Assembly (NCBI GenBank): GCA_965368975.1 | Contig: CBDUPA010000013.1 | Coordinates: forward strand, 96,001-160,000 | Length of the DNA: 64,000 nt | Direction: 5' to 3' | Source of the DNA: an uncultured bacterium | GTDB taxonomy: Bacteria; Acidobacteriota; Thermoanaerobaculia; Multivoradales; JAHZIX01 | The notes under the pieces: model-generated | Databases searched by the model: none | What the model was told of the DNA's origin: nothing | What the model saw: only the letters and a program-made list of their open reading frames with translations | Translations under genes and position numbers: made by a program | Shown here: piece after piece, positions 36,312-49,104 of the stretch | Layout: each line of letters opens with the position of its first letter | How positions within the stretch are numbered: the first letter of the stretch is position 1

Positions 36312-37457
36312 TCAGCCGCGCAACAAGTGACGCGAAATCACCAGCCGCTGCATCTCGCTGGTGCCCTCGTAGATCGTGGTCACGCGCACGTCGCGGTACA
36401 GGCGGGCAATCTCGTAGTCTTCGCAGAAGCCGTTGCCGCCGTGAATCTGCAGCGCCGTGCACACCGCCTCGTTGGCCGCCTCGGTGGCGTAGACCTTGGC
36501 TTGCGACGCCAGGCGTCCGGCCTCGGGTGCTTTCTCGCGAGATGCGGCGTAGCGAGTGAGAACACGAGCGGCGGCCAGCTTGGTCGCCATCTCGGCGATC
36601 TGGAACTGGATCGCCTGGAACTTGGCGATCGGGCGGCCGAACTGCTCGCGCTGCCGGGCGTAGTCGCACGCCAGCTCGAGTGCCCGCTGGTGCATGCCGA
36701 CCGCCTGCGCGGCGATGCCGATGCGCGAGTGATCGAGGGTCGCCAGGGCGATCTTCAGACCCTGTCCTTCTTCACCGACCAGGTTGGCGGCAGGGATGCG
36801 ACAGTCCTGGAAGTAGATCGGTGCGGTGCGCGACGCCTTGAGGCCGAGCTTTTCTTCCCCGGTCCCGACCGAGAAGCCCTCGGCGTCGGTGGGCACGAGG
36901 AACGCACTGATGCCGCGCTTGCCGGCCTCCGGATCCGTCACCGCCAGCACCATGAAGTAGCGGGCTTCGCCCGCGTTGGTGATCCACGCCTTCTCACCGT
37001 TGAGCACCCAGCTGTCGCCGTCGCGCTTGGCCTTGGTGCGCATGGAGCCGGCATCGCTGCCGGAACCCGGCTCCGTCAGGCCGAAGCCACCCAAACACTC
37101 CCCCGAGGCCAGCTCGGTCAGAGCGGTGGACTTCAGGTGCTCGGAGCCGAAGCGGTTGAGCGGCCAGCAGCACACCGAGTTGGTGACGCTCATGGTGACC
37201 GCCGTTGCCGGACAGATGCGCGCCAGCTCTTCGACCGCCACGGTGTAGGTCACCGTATCGAAGCCAGCGCCACCGTATTCTTCCGGTACCATCATGCCGA
37301 GCATGCCGAGTTCGCCCAGCTCGCGCAGGATGTTGCCCGGGAAAGCGTGCTCACGGTCCCGCTCGGCGACGCCCGGAGCGATTCGCTCCTCGGCGAAACG
37401 CCGCACTTCTTCACGGATCAGCTGTTGGTCTGCGTTGAGCTGGAAGTCCATGTGCAC
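36312..37457 (-). CDS. Acyl-CoA dehydrogenase
   Basis: [49 protein letters not shown]. Confidence 0.93.
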   Translation of the reverse strand: MHMDFQLNADQQLIREEVRRFAEERIAPGVAERDREHAFPGNILRELGELGMLGMMVPEEYGGAGFDTVTYTVAVEELARICPATAVTMSVTNSVCCWPLNRFGSEHLKSTALTELASGECLGGFGLTEPGSGSDAGSMRTKAKRDGDSWVLNGEKAWITNAGEARYFMVLAVTDPEAGKRGISAFLVPTDAEGFSVGTGEEKLGLKASRTAPIYFQDCRIPAANLVGEEGQGLKIALATLDHSRIGIAAQAVGMHQRALELACDYARQREQFGRPIAKFQAIQFQIAEMATKLAAARVLTRYAASREKAPEAGRLASQAKVYATEAANEAVCTALQIHGGNGFCEDYEIARLYRDVRVTTIYEGTSEMQRLVISRHLLRG

Positions 37458-37458
37458 C

Positions 37459-38604
37459 TCAGCTCTTGTTCAGGACCCAGTCGGCGATCACCATCTTCTG
37501 CACCTCGCTGGTGCCCTCGTAGATCTCGGTGATGCGGGCGTCGCGGAAGTAGCGTTCGACGTTGTAGTCCTTGGTGTAGCCGTAGCCGCCATGGATCTGC
37601 AGCGCCTTGTCGGTTACGCGCTGCGACATCTCCGAGGCGAAGAGCTTGGCTTGTGCCGCCTCGAGGCTGTAGCGCCGGCCGCTGTCCTTTGCGACCGCCG
37701 CCTTCCAGGTCAGCAAGCGGGCGGCATCGATCTCGGTGGACATGTCGGCGAGGTAGAACTGAATCGCCTGAAAGCCGGACAACGGCTGCCCGAACTGCTC
37801 GCGCTGCTGCGAGTAGGCCAGCGCTTCTTCGAACGCACCCCGAGCAATGCCGATCGCCTGCGCGGCGATGCCAATGCGGCCACCGTCCAGCGTGCTCATG
37901 GCGATCTTGAAACCCTCGCCTTCTTTGCCCAGGCGATGCGCGGCCGGCACCCGCATATCTTCGAAAAACAGCTCGGTGGTGCCCGAAGCGTTGACGCCGA
38001 GCTTGAACTCGGACTCGCCTCGACTGTAGCCCTCGGTGTCGGCCGACACCAGGAACGCCGTGATCCCCTTGTGCCCGGCCTGCAGGTCGACGCTGGCGAA
38101 GACGATCGCGATGTGCGCGTGGGTGGCGTTGGTGATGAAGACCTTCGAGCCGTTGAGCACGTAGTCGTCACCGTCGCGACGGGCGGTGGTGCGCAGGCTG
38201 GCGGCGTCGCTGCCGGCGTCGGGCTCGGTGAGCGCGAAGCAGCCCAGTTTCTTGCCCGCGGCCAGCGGCGCCAGGAACTCGCGCTTCTGCTCTTCGCTGC
38301 CGTACTTGGCGATCGGATCGCACACCAAGGAATTGTTGACGCTCAGGATGACACCGGTGTTGGCACACGCACGGCTGAGCTCTTCGATCACCAGCGCATA
38401 AGCGACGGCGTCCATACCGCCACCGTCGTACTGTTCCTCCACGCAGACCCCGGCAAGCCCTAATTCACCGGCCTTGTGAAAGGTCTCGATCGGGAACTCA
38501 CTCGACTGGTCGATCTCTTTGGCGTGCGGCTTGACTTCCTCTTCGGCAAATTGCCGCACGGACTCCTGCAGCAGACGCTGCTCTTCGTTCAGCTCGATAT
38601 ACAT
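37459..38604 (-). CDS. Acyl-CoA dehydrogenase (butyryl-CoA/short-branched-chain type)
   Basis: [51 protein letters not shown]. Confidence 0.93.
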   Translation of the reverse strand: MYIELNEEQRLLQESVRQFAEEEVKPHAKEIDQSSEFPIETFHKAGELGLAGVCVEEQYDGGGMDAVAYALVIEELSRACANTGVILSVNNSLVCDPIAKYGSEEQKREFLAPLAAGKKLGCFALTEPDAGSDAASLRTTARRDGDDYVLNGSKVFITNATHAHIAIVFASVDLQAGHKGITAFLVSADTEGYSRGESEFKLGVNASGTTELFFEDMRVPAAHRLGKEGEGFKIAMSTLDGGRIGIAAQAIGIARGAFEEALAYSQQREQFGQPLSGFQAIQFYLADMSTEIDAARLLTWKAAVAKDSGRRYSLEAAQAKLFASEMSQRVTDKALQIHGGYGYTKDYNVERYFRDARITEIYEGTSEVQKMVIADWVLNKS

Positions 38605-38706
38605 GCGTTCAGCTTCCTTCTCGCGTCGTAGGTGGGAGCGAGCTGGGCGTGGATGAAGTAAGGGCCCAGCCGGGACAGCTGATGCTACCAGGTTTGGTCC
38701 TGATCT

Positions 38707-40086
<1,380 letters not shown>

Positions 40087-40246
40087 CTGTTAGGTCTCTC
40101 CGAGCCGGCTGCTCTGTGGTTCCGCCAAGTGTATGTCGTTTCTACCAAGCATGAAAAACGGACCGCGAGGCACAACGCCCGCGGCCCGTGAGAACTCTCC
40201 GACCGGCTTCGGTTCGCAAACTCTGGTGAAGCCCGTCCTCCTCGGA

Positions 40247-41767
40247 TCAGGGTACTTCGACGAACGCGAAGCGCTTGGCCGGCGGATCGACGCGGTGGGT
40301 CTCGACATACAAGCGCAGGAAACCACCGCTCTCGACGCCGCTGACCGCCCGTTCGAAAGTCTCGACGTTGCTGACCTGCGCACCGTTGACCTCGCTGATC
40401 ACGTCACCGACGCGAACTCCCTCGGCAAACAGTGGGCTGGTCTGGGCGATGTCGGAGATCCAAACACCGGCAGCATCCTCTGGTATTCCGAAGCGCGAGC
40501 GCAAACCCGGAGTCAGGTTCTGGTACTCGGCCTGCAGCCAGTCGATGCTGGAGTCAGCCTCTTCCGGCACCACCGCCGCCACGACATCGGCAGCCGGACG
40601 CTCGGTGAGCTGCACCTGGATCTTCTTCTCTTCACCACCGCGCAGCACGGTGAGCATGGTCTTGCTGTCGGGCGACAGGCCGGCGACGTAGTCGATCAGG
40701 TCACGGGTACGGCGCACCTCCTGGTCGTCGACCTTGCGCACGATATCGCCAGCTTCGACGCCGGCACGGGCAGCCGGAGTGTCCGGGTGCACGACGCTGA
40801 CCAGCGCGCCATCAGTCGAATCGAGGCCGAAAGAACGCGCAGCGCGGTAGTCCAGATTGTCGATGCTGACGCCCAGGTAGCCGCGGCGCACCTGGCCTTC
40901 GTCGCGCAGCGCCGGCAGGATCTGCTTGAGGGTCTTGACCGGCACCGCGAAGCCGATGTTCTCGGCGCCATAGTTGATCGCGGTGGCGATCCCGACCACC
41001 TGGCCCTCGAGGTTGACGATCGGGCCTCCGGAATTGCCAAAGTTGATGGCGGCATCGGTCTGGATGAAGTTCTCGAACGAGCTGTCCCCTGCCGGGCTCA
41101 GCCCCAAACCGCTACGACCAAGAGCGCTCACGACACCGACGGTCACGGTGTGATCGAGCGACAACGGGCTGCCGATCACCATGATCCAGTCCCCCACACG
41201 CAGGCTGTCGTCCGCCCCCAGCTCCAGGTACGGAATCTCTTCCGTCAGGCCCTGGATGCGCAGCAGGGCCAGGTCGGTCTCGGGATCCGAGCCCTGGACG
41301 ACGGCTTCATACTGGCGACCGTTCAACTCGACGTTGAGCTCTTCGGCGCTGCGCACGACGTGATAATTCGTCACCACCAAGCCATCGGCGCTGATCACGA
41401 AACCACTACCACCAGAGTCGCTGCGAAACTCTCGCTGCTCCGGCTGTGGCTGAGGACCGCGGCGCGGCCCGAAGAAGAATTCGAACGGATCGGTGTTGCC
41501 TTGTGGGCCGCGCATCCCCTGGCGCGTCTCGAAGCTGGTGGCCTCGATCGACACGACCGTCGGCGAGACGGCTTCCGCCAGGTCGGCGAAGCTGGGCACG
41601 ACGGAAGTCGCGGCCGCGACGCGGACCGGCTGCGGTTCCGCCGCGGCGAAGGACGTGAGTTCGGCGCTGGAAGCCAGCACCATGCCGAAGACGACGGCGG
41701 CGGCGACCAGGACCAGAGTCCCCATCTGCCGCGCTCCACTCGGACGAGTACGTTGTTGCGTAGTCAT
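40247..41767 (-). CDS. degP: Do/DegP (HtrA) serine protease with PDZ domains
   Basis: GSGFVIS, VTNYHVV, TDLALL, IQTDAAINFGNSGGP, two PDZ domains. Confidence 0.9.
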   Translation of the reverse strand: MTTQQRTRPSGARQMGTLVLVAAAVVFGMVLASSAELTSFAAAEPQPVRVAAATSVVPSFADLAEAVSPTVVSIEATSFETRQGMRGPQGNTDPFEFFFGPRRGPQPQPEQREFRSDSGGSGFVISADGLVVTNYHVVRSAEELNVELNGRQYEAVVQGSDPETDLALLRIQGLTEEIPYLELGADDSLRVGDWIMVIGSPLSLDHTVTVGVVSALGRSGLGLSPAGDSSFENFIQTDAAINFGNSGGPIVNLEGQVVGIATAINYGAENIGFAVPVKTLKQILPALRDEGQVRRGYLGVSIDNLDYRAARSFGLDSTDGALVSVVHPDTPAARAGVEAGDIVRKVDDQEVRRTRDLIDYVAGLSPDSKTMLTVLRGGEEKKIQVQLTERPAADVVAAVVPEEADSSIDWLQAEYQNLTPGLRSRFGIPEDAAGVWISDIAQTSPLFAEGVRVGDVISEVNGAQVSNVETFERAVSGVESGGFLRLYVETHRVDPPAKRFAFVEVP

Positions 41768-42033
41768 AGTCGCGATCTTCTCCTAGGTGTCGAGTTCTCG
41801 AAGGATTTGAGCTGGTTCGAACGCCAGCCCTGGCGAGGAGACTGCAAAACGTCTGCCAGTTCTCCCAAACAGCTGCAAGCAGTCCGCTGGCCTTAAGCCT
41901 CGTAGGCCTCCCGCAAGGCATGCCGCGAGGAGCTGTCACGCAAGGGCTCCAGTCCTCGATCATGGAGTGCCATTTTGGCGCAAACATCCCCAAAAGGACG
42001 CCTTCAGTACAGCTCATCAGGCAAACAGAAGAC

Positions 42034-42062
42034 TTGAAATCTCAGCGGATTGAGTCTATACT
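42034..42062 (+). promoter_or_regulatory. Sigma-70 promoter of the rimP-nusA-infB operon
   Basis: TTGAAA-N17-TATACT. Confidence 0.7.
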
Positions 42063-42091
42063 CCGCTCTGCAAGTTTAGCTTGCACTCACG

Positions 42092-42117
42092 AAAGTGGGC
42101 TGGTGCCCACTTTTTTT
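42092..42117 (+). terminator. rimP leader hairpin / attenuator
   Basis: aaagtgggc-tggt-gcccacttttttt, matching the GUGGGC...GCCCAC-U-tract element conserved upstream of rimP. Confidence 0.75.
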
Positions 42118-42127
42118 GTTGCCCTCA

Positions 42128-42862
42128 ATGATGCCCGAAACCACCATGAGTCCGACTCCACCCCGCGATTCGTTTTCCCCGGCCATGCCCGCCGGTGCCT
42201 TTGCTGGTGCCGACGAGCCGGACGTGGGCCCCGCCTCTATCGAGACGCCCTCCGCGAGCGCGACGCGCGCTGAGGCAACCCCAGGTACAACTACCCCAGG
42301 TACAACAGCCCCGGCCACAACAACACTGCGCGGACCGCTCGACAGCGAGGTCGCGGAAGAGTTGGTGGCGGTGGCGGCAGCCCAAGACTGCGAGCTGCTG
42401 CTGGCCGAGTACCGCGGTGGTGTGCTGCGGCTCGTTCTCGATCGTGAAGAAGGCGTCACGCACACCCACTGCGAGCGCGTTTCGCGGCAAGCCTCGGCGG
42501 TACTCGATGTCCTCGACTTCGGTCGCGGCAAGTACGTGCTCGAGGTCAGCTCACCGGGCCTGGATCGAGAACTCTATGCGCCGCGCGACTACTTGCGCTT
42601 CGCGGGCCATCTGGCGCGTGTGACCTTCCGGGATCCCGCAGACGGCAACAAGAAGACCGTGATCGGTCGCCTCGCTCCTCTCGATACACCCGCAGAGCTC
42701 GAGACCTCCGAGGAGCACGACTGGCAATTGCAACTCACTGAGGAGCTGCAACCGGTCCCGGGAGCCAAGAAGCCGGGCAAGGCCACGTTGCCGACACCCG
42801 GCAAGACCTACACATTCCCCCTTTCGGCCGTGCAACTTGCGCGGCTCGAAGTTGAACTCTGA
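42128..42862 (+). CDS. rimP: Ribosome maturation factor RimP
   Basis: LRLVLDREEGVT...CERVSR; YVLEVSSPGLDREL; lies upstream of nusA; start uncertain. Confidence 0.88.
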   Translation: MMPETTMSPTPPRDSFSPAMPAGAFAGADEPDVGPASIETPSASATRAEATPGTTTPGTTAPATTTLRGPLDSEVAEELVAVAAAQDCELLLAEYRGGVLRLVLDREEGVTHTHCERVSRQASAVLDVLDFGRGKYVLEVSSPGLDRELYAPRDYLRFAGHLARVTFRDPADGNKKTVIGRLAPLDTPAELETSEEHDWQLQLTEELQPVPGAKKPGKATLPTPGKTYTFPLSAVQLARLEVEL

Positions 42863-42936
42863 CCGTCAACGCTCCGAGTGTGCACTCGAGCTGAACAAGC
42901 GGCAAACGACCAGAACCCAGGACCAGAGGACCAGAC

Positions 42937-44496
42937 ATGGCCCAGGCGCAAATAGCGGACGTGAACTTCCAGGAAATCCTGCGTCAGGTGGCGCGAGAGA
43001 AGGACATCGAACTCGACCGGTGGGTCAAGGCGATCGAAGACGCCATGGCTTCCGCAGCCAAGAAGCAGCACCGGATCAAGGAGCCTGTGCGCGCCCGCCT
43101 CGACCCTGAGACCGGGGGCTTCGAAGCCTTCATCGTCAAGACCGTGGTCGAGAAGGTCGAGGATCCGCTGGCCGAATGGGCCCTTGAAGAAGCGCAGGAT
43201 CACAAGCCGGATGCCGCCGTTGGTGACGAAATTCTGCTGCCCATCCCTACCGAGGGGCTAGGGCGTATCGCCGCACAGAGCGCCAAGCAGGTGCTCTATC
43301 AGCGTATCCGCGAAGCCGAGCGCGAGAAGGTCTACAACGAGTACATCGATCGTGTCGGCGAGATCGTCAACGGCACCGTCAAGCGCTTCGAGCGCGGTGA
43401 CATCATCGTCGACTTGGGGCGCACCGAGGCAATTGTGCCGCGCCAGGAGCAGTCACGCCACGAGCGCTACAGCCAGGGTGAACGTATCCGCGCGGTGATC
43501 GTCGACGTGCACACGCTGCCGAAGGGGCCGCAGATCGTTCTCTCTCGTACTGATCCGCGCCTGCTGGTCAAGCTCTTCGAGATGGAAGTACCCGAGATCT
43601 ACGACGGCACCGTCGTGATCAAGGGCGCCGTACGGGCGCCGGGTGAGCGAGCCAAGGTCGCCGTCCACAGCCGCGAGCGCGATGTCGATCCGGTCGGCGC
43701 TTGCGTCGGCATGAAGGGCTCGCGCGTGCAGTCGATCATCCGCGAGTTGCGCGGCGAGAAGATCGACATCATCGAGTTCTCGGAAGACCTGGTGACGTTC
43801 GCGCAGAGCGCTCTGGCCCCGGCGAAGATCACTCGCGTGTCCGTGACCCATCACGGCGAGTACCCCCACCTCGACGTCATCGTCGAAGACGAGCAACTGT
43901 CGTTGGCGATCGGCAAGCGCGGCCAAAACGTGCGGCTGGCAGCTGAACTGATCGGCGCCAGGATCGATATCAAGAGCGAGAGCGACGTCAAAGACGAGGT
44001 TGCCGATGCGCTGGCCAGCTTGCTGCAGATTGGGGAGCCCGAAGGCGAGCAGGAAGCCCTCGACCTCACTGGTGCACCGGGCGTTGACGAAGCAATAGCC
44101 GAAGGCTTGGGCGCGGCCGGACTCGATTCTCTCGAGGCTCTGGCCGAGGCCGATGCCGAGGCGCTGCAGGCCGTCGAGGGCTTCGATCTCGACCAGGCGG
44201 CAGCACTGCGCGAATGGGCTGAAGCCCAGCTCGCCGAGCGCACCAGTCAGATCGACCTCGGCGCTGACTTCTCCGTCGACGAAGACGAAGAGGCCGCTTC
44301 GACCATGGACGATCAGGACTTCATGGCGGCGCTGAGCAAAGCCTTCGAAGAATCCGATATGTTCGAAGGGGACGAAGACCCGACCGGCGCTGATGAGGCT
44401 GAACCAGCCGAAGACGAATCAGCCGAAGACGAATCAGCCGAGGACGAGCCAGCCGAAGACGCTGGCGCGGCAGCCGAAGACAAAGAAGACGCCTGA
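42937..44496 (+). CDS. nusA: Transcription factor NusA
   Basis: GRIAAQSAKQV, S1/KH domains, DPVGACVGMKGSRVQ, LSLAIGKRGQNVRLA; acidic tail. Confidence 0.96.
   Translation: MAQAQIADVNFQEILRQVAREKDIELDRWVKAIEDAMASAAKKQHRIKEPVRARLDPETGGFEAFIVKTVVEKVEDPLAEWALEEAQDHKPDAAVGDEILLPIPTEGLGRIAAQSAKQVLYQRIREAEREKVYNEYIDRVGEIVNGTVKRFERGDIIVDLGRTEAIVPRQEQSRHERYSQGERIRAVIVDVHTLPKGPQIVLSRTDPRLLVKLFEMEVPEIYDGTVVIKGAVRAPGERAKVAVHSRERDVDPVGACVGMKGSRVQSIIRELRGEKIDIIEFSEDLVTFAQSALAPAKITRVSVTHHGEYPHLDVIVEDEQLSLAIGKRGQNVRLAAELIGARIDIKSESDVKDEVADALASLLQIGEPEGEQEALDLTGAPGVDEAIAEGLGAAGLDSLEALAEADAEALQAVEGFDLDQAAALREWAEAQLAERTSQIDLGADFSVDEDEEAASTMDDQDFMAALSKAFEESDMFEGDEDPTGADEAEPAEDESAEDESAEDEPAEDAGAAAEDKEDA
44405..44461 (+). 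repeat. 15-nt tandem repeat (~4 copies) in the NusA acidic tail
   Basis: cagccgaagacgaat units encoding AEDES/AEDEP. Confidence 0.7.
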
Positions 44497-44593
44497 ACCC
44501 GGCACCGAGCCGGCTGCAAGGCGGCGAGCTCGCCGCACGAGAAGTGCAGGATGATAGATCGCTGAGATAGCGAGACAGGAGTAGAGAGAAGAT

Positions 44594-47308
44594 ATGTCAA
44601 AGATTCGGGTGCAAGACCTGGCACGCAAATTGGGCATGCCGGAACAGGATTTGATGTTCAAGCTCAAGTCCATCGGCGTGCGCGTGGAAGGTGCAGACTC
44701 CCACATCGATACCGACATCCTGCAGGCGGTCCTCACGGGCAAAAAGGTCAGCCATCCCAAGGAAGTCATCCTGCGCGACGAGGAACCCCATGCCCGCTCC
44801 GGCCGCGCCGTCGTGCCGCGCCGCCCACCCGCCAACCCGTTGAAACCGGCGCCCCGGCGTACGATCATCCAGAAGGCGGATTCCCACATCAAGACGCTAC
44901 CGGTTTCGGAGCGGCCGGCGGCTCCCAAGACGCCACCGCCAGCCACCAAGGCAGCGGACGCCGATGCGGCGGCGCGGGCCAGGGCCGCAGACAAGGAACA
45001 AGCAGCCAGGGCAGCCGAAGCTCAGGCTGCGGAAGCCAAGGCCGAGGCGGCCGAAGCTCAGGCTGCGGAAGCCAAGGCCGAGGCGACCGAGGCGCCCCCG
45101 GCCCAGGCAGCGGCGAGCGTGGACACCGCAACCGCCAAGACAAGCGCGGCCGAAGACAGCAAAGGGACGGCCACCAAGGCTGCCCCCAGGGCCACCGGAA
45201 GGCCGGCGACAGGCAAGCCCGCGACGGGCAGGCCTGGCGGTAAGCCCGGCGGTAAGCCCGGCGCGACCAAGGCCGGTCCCGCCAAGGCTGCGGCTTCACC
45301 ACCTCGAGGCGCGGTCAAGCCGGGCGAGCCCCCCAAGCCGAAGCGCCTGGGTCGACGCCAGAATCTGAAGGTTCGTGTCATCAGCGACGAGCCGATGCCG
45401 GGCCTGCGGCCCGTACCCAAGAAGGTCGAGCCGATGAAGCCGACCTCGGTACGCGGCAAGCGGCGCGCCGCCAAGCGCGATGAGCAACCGCCACAGATCT
45501 CTTCGCGTCATGGCGGCCTGGCCTTCAAGGATGCCAGACCGGACAGCCCTGTGATCATCTCCGAGGCCATGACGGTGCGCGACTTCGCCGACAAGCTCGG
45601 CGTCAAGACCAAGGATCTGATCAAGGAGCTGTTCAAGAAAGGCGTGATGGCCAACATCAACGCCGTTCTCGAGCCCGAATTGGCCGAACAGATCGCCACC
45701 GACCTCGGCGTCGAGACCATGGTGGTCAGCTTCGAGGAAGAAGTACAGCTGCAGGAAGAGCTGGCGGTGGCCGACGGCGGCGATCCGGCCGACAGCGAAC
45801 CGCGGGCGCCAGTGGTCACCATCATGGGCCACGTCGACCACGGTAAGACTTCCCTACTCGATGCCATCCGCTCCTCTCGCGTTACCGAGAGCGAGTTCGG
45901 CGGCATCACTCAGCACATCGGCGCCTACGAAGTCGAGATCGAAGGTCGCAAGATCGTCTTCCTCGACACGCCGGGTCACGAAGCCTTCACCATGATGCGT
46001 GCCCGAGGCGCCCGCGTCACCGACATCGTCATCTTGGTGGTGGCCGCCGACGACGGCGTCATGCCGCAGACGATGGAGGCGATCGATCACGCGCAGGCCG
46101 GCGACGTGCCGCTGATCGTTGCGATCAACAAGATCGACAAGGCCAACGCCAACGCCGATCGCGTGAAGAAGGAACTGGCCGACCGCAACCTGCTGGTCGA
46201 AGACTGGGGCGGCAACGTCGTCAGCAGTGAAATCTCGGCGCTCAAGAACCAGGGTATTCCCGAGTTGCTCGAACTGGTCCTCCTGCAAGCCGACCTCATG
46301 GAGCTGAAGGCCAACCCCAAGCTCGCCGCCCAGGGCGTGGTTCTGGAGGCGCGCAAGGAAGCCGGTCGCGGCATCATCGCCGATCTGCTCGTGCAGAACG
46401 GCACGCTGAACGTCGGCGACGCCTTCGTCTCCGGCAAAGCCTGGGGGCGCGTGCGCTCGATGATCAACGATTTCGGCCAACGTATCGACGCAGCCGGTCC
46501 TGCGACCCCGGTCGAAGTCACCGGTTTCAACGACGTGCCGGAAGCCGGCGATCTGTTCCAGGTCCTGGAAGCAGAATCCAAGGCACGCAGCATTGCCGAG
46601 CATCGCCAGCTGGAAGACCGCAAGCGCTCGTTGCAGGCCACACCCCAGCGCATGTCGCTCGATCAACTCTTCAGCCGCATCGAGGCTGGAGAGGTCAAGG
46701 AACTTCCGGTGATCCTCAAGGCGGACGTGCAAGGCTCCGTCGAGGTGCTGCGCGACACGCTCGACAAACTGGCCACCGACAAGGTCAAGGTGCGTATCAT
46801 CCGCTCGGCGGTTGGTGCTGTCACGACCAACGATGTCCTGCTCGCCTCCTCCTCTGACGCCGTCGTCATCGGCTTCAACGTCCGCCCCGAGCGCAACGCG
46901 TCCGAGCTGGCCGAGAAGGAAGAGGTCGACATCCGCCTGCACACGGTGATCTACGAGCTGGCGGACGAGCTCAAGAAAGCCATGGCCGGCATGCTCGACC
47001 CGACCTTCCGCGAGGTCACCAAGGGCCGTGCCGAGGTGCGCGATACCTTCAAGGTACCGAAGTTTGGTGTCATCGCCGGCTGCCACGTGGTCGAAGGTGT
47101 CATCACCCGCAACGCTTCCGCTCGCCTGCTGCGCGACAACGTGGTCGTACAGGAGAGCAAGATCGCTTCCCTGCGCCGCTTCAAGGAAGATGCCACCGAG
47201 GTACGCAATGGCTTCGACTGCGGTATCGCACTCGAACGCTACCAGGACGTCAAGCCCGGTGACGTGATCGAGACCTATGCCCGCGAAGAAGTAGCACCGG
47301 AGGTCTGA
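44594..47308 (+). CDS. infB: Translation initiation factor IF-2
   Basis: [43 protein letters not shown]. Confidence 0.97.
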   Translation: MSKIRVQDLARKLGMPEQDLMFKLKSIGVRVEGADSHIDTDILQAVLTGKKVSHPKEVILRDEEPHARSGRAVVPRRPPANPLKPAPRRTIIQKADSHIKTLPVSERPAAPKTPPPATKAADADAAARARAADKEQAARAAEAQAAEAKAEAAEAQAAEAKAEATEAPPAQAAASVDTATAKTSAAEDSKGTATKAAPRATGRPATGKPATGRPGGKPGGKPGATKAGPAKAAASPPRGAVKPGEPPKPKRLGRRQNLKVRVISDEPMPGLRPVPKKVEPMKPTSVRGKRRAAKRDEQPPQISSRHGGLAFKDARPDSPVIISEAMTVRDFADKLGVKTKDLIKELFKKGVMANINAVLEPELAEQIATDLGVETMVVSFEEEVQLQEELAVADGGDPADSEPRAPVVTIMGHVDHGKTSLLDAIRSSRVTESEFGGITQHIGAYEVEIEGRKIVFLDTPGHEAFTMMRARGARVTDIVILVVAADDGVMPQTMEAIDHAQAGDVPLIVAINKIDKANANADRVKKELADRNLLVEDWGGNVVSSEISALKNQGIPELLELVLLQADLMELKANPKLAAQGVVLEARKEAGRGIIADLLVQNGTLNVGDAFVSGKAWGRVRSMINDFGQRIDAAGPATPVEVTGFNDVPEAGDLFQVLEAESKARSIAEHRQLEDRKRSLQATPQRMSLDQLFSRIEAGEVKELPVILKADVQGSVEVLRDTLDKLATDKVKVRIIRSAVGAVTTNDVLLASSSDAVVIGFNVRPERNASELAEKEEVDIRLHTVIYELADELKKAMAGMLDPTFREVTKGRAEVRDTFKVPKFGVIAGCHVVEGVITRNASARLLRDNVVVQESKIASLRRFKEDATEVRNGFDCGIALERYQDVKPGDVIETYAREEVAPEV
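45014..45085 (+). repeat. 36-nt perfect tandem duplication in the IF-2 linker
   Basis: gccgaagctcaggctgcggaagccaaggccgaggcg x2. Confidence 0.75.
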
Positions 47309-47343
47309 GCGTCGGTCGAGCACCGACTCCCGCTTCTACTGCC

Positions 47344-47700
47344 ATGATCGTCGGAATCTGTGTCTGCGAGCTACACCTCCCCGGAGTGCGTGGCCTCAAG
47401 GGCAAACGAAAAATCATCAAGAGTCTGATCGAACGCGCGCACCAGCGCTTTCGGGTCTCGGCTGCCGAGACCGATTTCCACGACCTCCATCAGCGGGCCG
47501 AAATCGGCCTGGCTGCGGTGGGTCGTCATGAGCGAGATATGGAACGACTCCTCAATCAGCTGCGCGAAGTCTTCGAGAGTGATCCCGAAGCGTTTGTCTC
47601 CCAATGGAGCACAGAATTCGTGCAGCCGGGCGGGGATCCGTGGTCAAGCTACAACGCGAGCTACAATGACAGCGATGGGACAGAGGGGGACGAGTCATGA
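47344..47700 (+). CDS. DUF503 (YlxP-like) protein
   Basis: MIVG....ELHLPG..GLKGKR...SAAE...HDLHQRAEIG; canonical position between infB and rbfA. Confidence 0.85.
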   Translation: MIVGICVCELHLPGVRGLKGKRKIIKSLIERAHQRFRVSAAETDFHDLHQRAEIGLAAVGRHERDMERLLNQLREVFESDPEAFVSQWSTEFVQPGGDPWSSYNASYNDSDGTEGDES

Positions 47701-48071
47701 ATCGACGGCCCGAGCGTGTCGCCGAGATGCTGCGAGCCGAGCTCTCCGACCTCATGCTCTTCGAAGTCAAAGACCCCCGCGTTCGCCTGGCGTCGATCAG
47801 CGAAGTACGCCTCACTGGTGACCTGCAGCGCGCCCGTGTCCTGGTTTCGGTGCTCGCCGAGGGCGAAGACGAAGCACAGCTCCACGAGCAACGCCGGCAA
47901 GTGATCGAGGCCCTCGACCATGCTCGCGGCTTCCTGCGCAGTCAGCTCGCCAAGCGCACCCGGCTGCGCGTCGCTCCCGAGTTGATCTTCGAACTCGACC
48001 GCGGCGCCGAGCACAGCCAGCGCATCAATGAAATCCTGGAGACGCTCCATGCCGGCGACGAAACTACCTGA
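47697..48071 (+). CDS. rbfA: Ribosome-binding factor A
   Basis: RPERVAE, KDPRV, DLQRARV, GFLRSQLAKR..LRVAPELIFELD. Confidence 0.93.
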   Translation: MNRRPERVAEMLRAELSDLMLFEVKDPRVRLASISEVRLTGDLQRARVLVSVLAEGEDEAQLHEQRRQVIEALDHARGFLRSQLAKRTRLRVAPELIFELDRGAEHSQRINEILETLHAGDETT

Positions 48072-49104
48072 CACGCTTCTGCGGCGCCTACGCCAGGGCA
48101 ACCGCTTCTTGATCACCAGCCATCTCAACCCGGATGGCGACGCCATTGGTTCGTCGCTGGGCCTGGCGCGCATCCTCCGGCGCATGGGCAAGAGCGCGAC
48201 CGTGTGGAGTCACGATCCGGTTCCCAGCATCTACCGGCTGCTACCGGGCGGTGACCGTATCCACACCGGTGACGAACCGCCAGCCGGCTTCCCCGCCACC
48301 TTCAACGCGGTGATCGTGATGGAGTGCCCCAGCCTCGACCGCACCGGGCTGGAAGGCCAGATCGAGAAGCTGACGCTGCTCAACATCGACCATCATCTCG
48401 GGAACCAGCTCTACGGTGCCGTCAACTGGGTCGACTCGGCGGCACCGTCCGTCGGCGAGATGGTCTTCCGCCTGGCACGGGCGCTGGGCGCCGAAGTCGA
48501 CACGGCTGCCGCCACTTGCCTCTACCTGACTCTGGTCACCGACACCGGAAGCTTTCGCTACTCCAACGCTACCGAGCAAGCTTTCCGCGCTGCCGCCGAC
48601 CTGGTGGCCTTGGGCGCGCAACCAGCTCAGGTCGCCGAATGGGTGTACGAGAACCAGCCCGAAGCACGCTTGCGCTTGCTCGCCGAAATGCTCACCACCC
48701 TGGAGCGTCACGCCGACGGCCGCATCGCTACGATCGAGCTGTCGCAGGCCATGATGCACAAGGCTCAAGCCGAAGCAGGGGACGCTGAAGGCTTGATCAA
48801 CTACCCGCGTACGATCGCTGGCGTCCAGGCCGTGGCCATGTTCCGCGAGCGCGAGGACGGTACCTACAAAGTCTCTATGCGCAGTCACGGAGCCGTCGAT
48901 GTCCAGCGCGTTGCCCTGCGTCACGGAGGCGGCGGGCACCAGAATGCCGCCGCTTGTGAAGTCGACGGCAACCTCGCCGAAGTGCGCGCGAAAATGCTCG
49001 AAGAGCTGGAGGCGGCCCTGAGTAGCGCACACCAGGCCGCCCCCACACAGGACAGCGCCACGGAAGACGCCGTGACACCATCCCAGGAGGACGGAGATTC
49101 ATGA
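48049..49104 (+). CDS. nrnA: DHH/DHHA1 phosphoesterase (NrnA-like oligoribonuclease/PAP phosphatase)
   Basis: SHLNPDGDAIGS, NIDHH, TDTGSFRY, GGGGHQNAA. Confidence 0.88.
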   Translation: MPATKLPDTLLRRLRQGNRFLITSHLNPDGDAIGSSLGLARILRRMGKSATVWSHDPVPSIYRLLPGGDRIHTGDEPPAGFPATFNAVIVMECPSLDRTGLEGQIEKLTLLNIDHHLGNQLYGAVNWVDSAAPSVGEMVFRLARALGAEVDTAAATCLYLTLVTDTGSFRYSNATEQAFRAAADLVALGAQPAQVAEWVYENQPEARLRLLAEMLTTLERHADGRIATIELSQAMMHKAQAEAGDAEGLINYPRTIAGVQAVAMFREREDGTYKVSMRSHGAVDVQRVALRHGGGGHQNAAACEVDGNLAEVRAKMLEELEAALSSAHQAAPTQDSATEDAVTPSQEDGDS

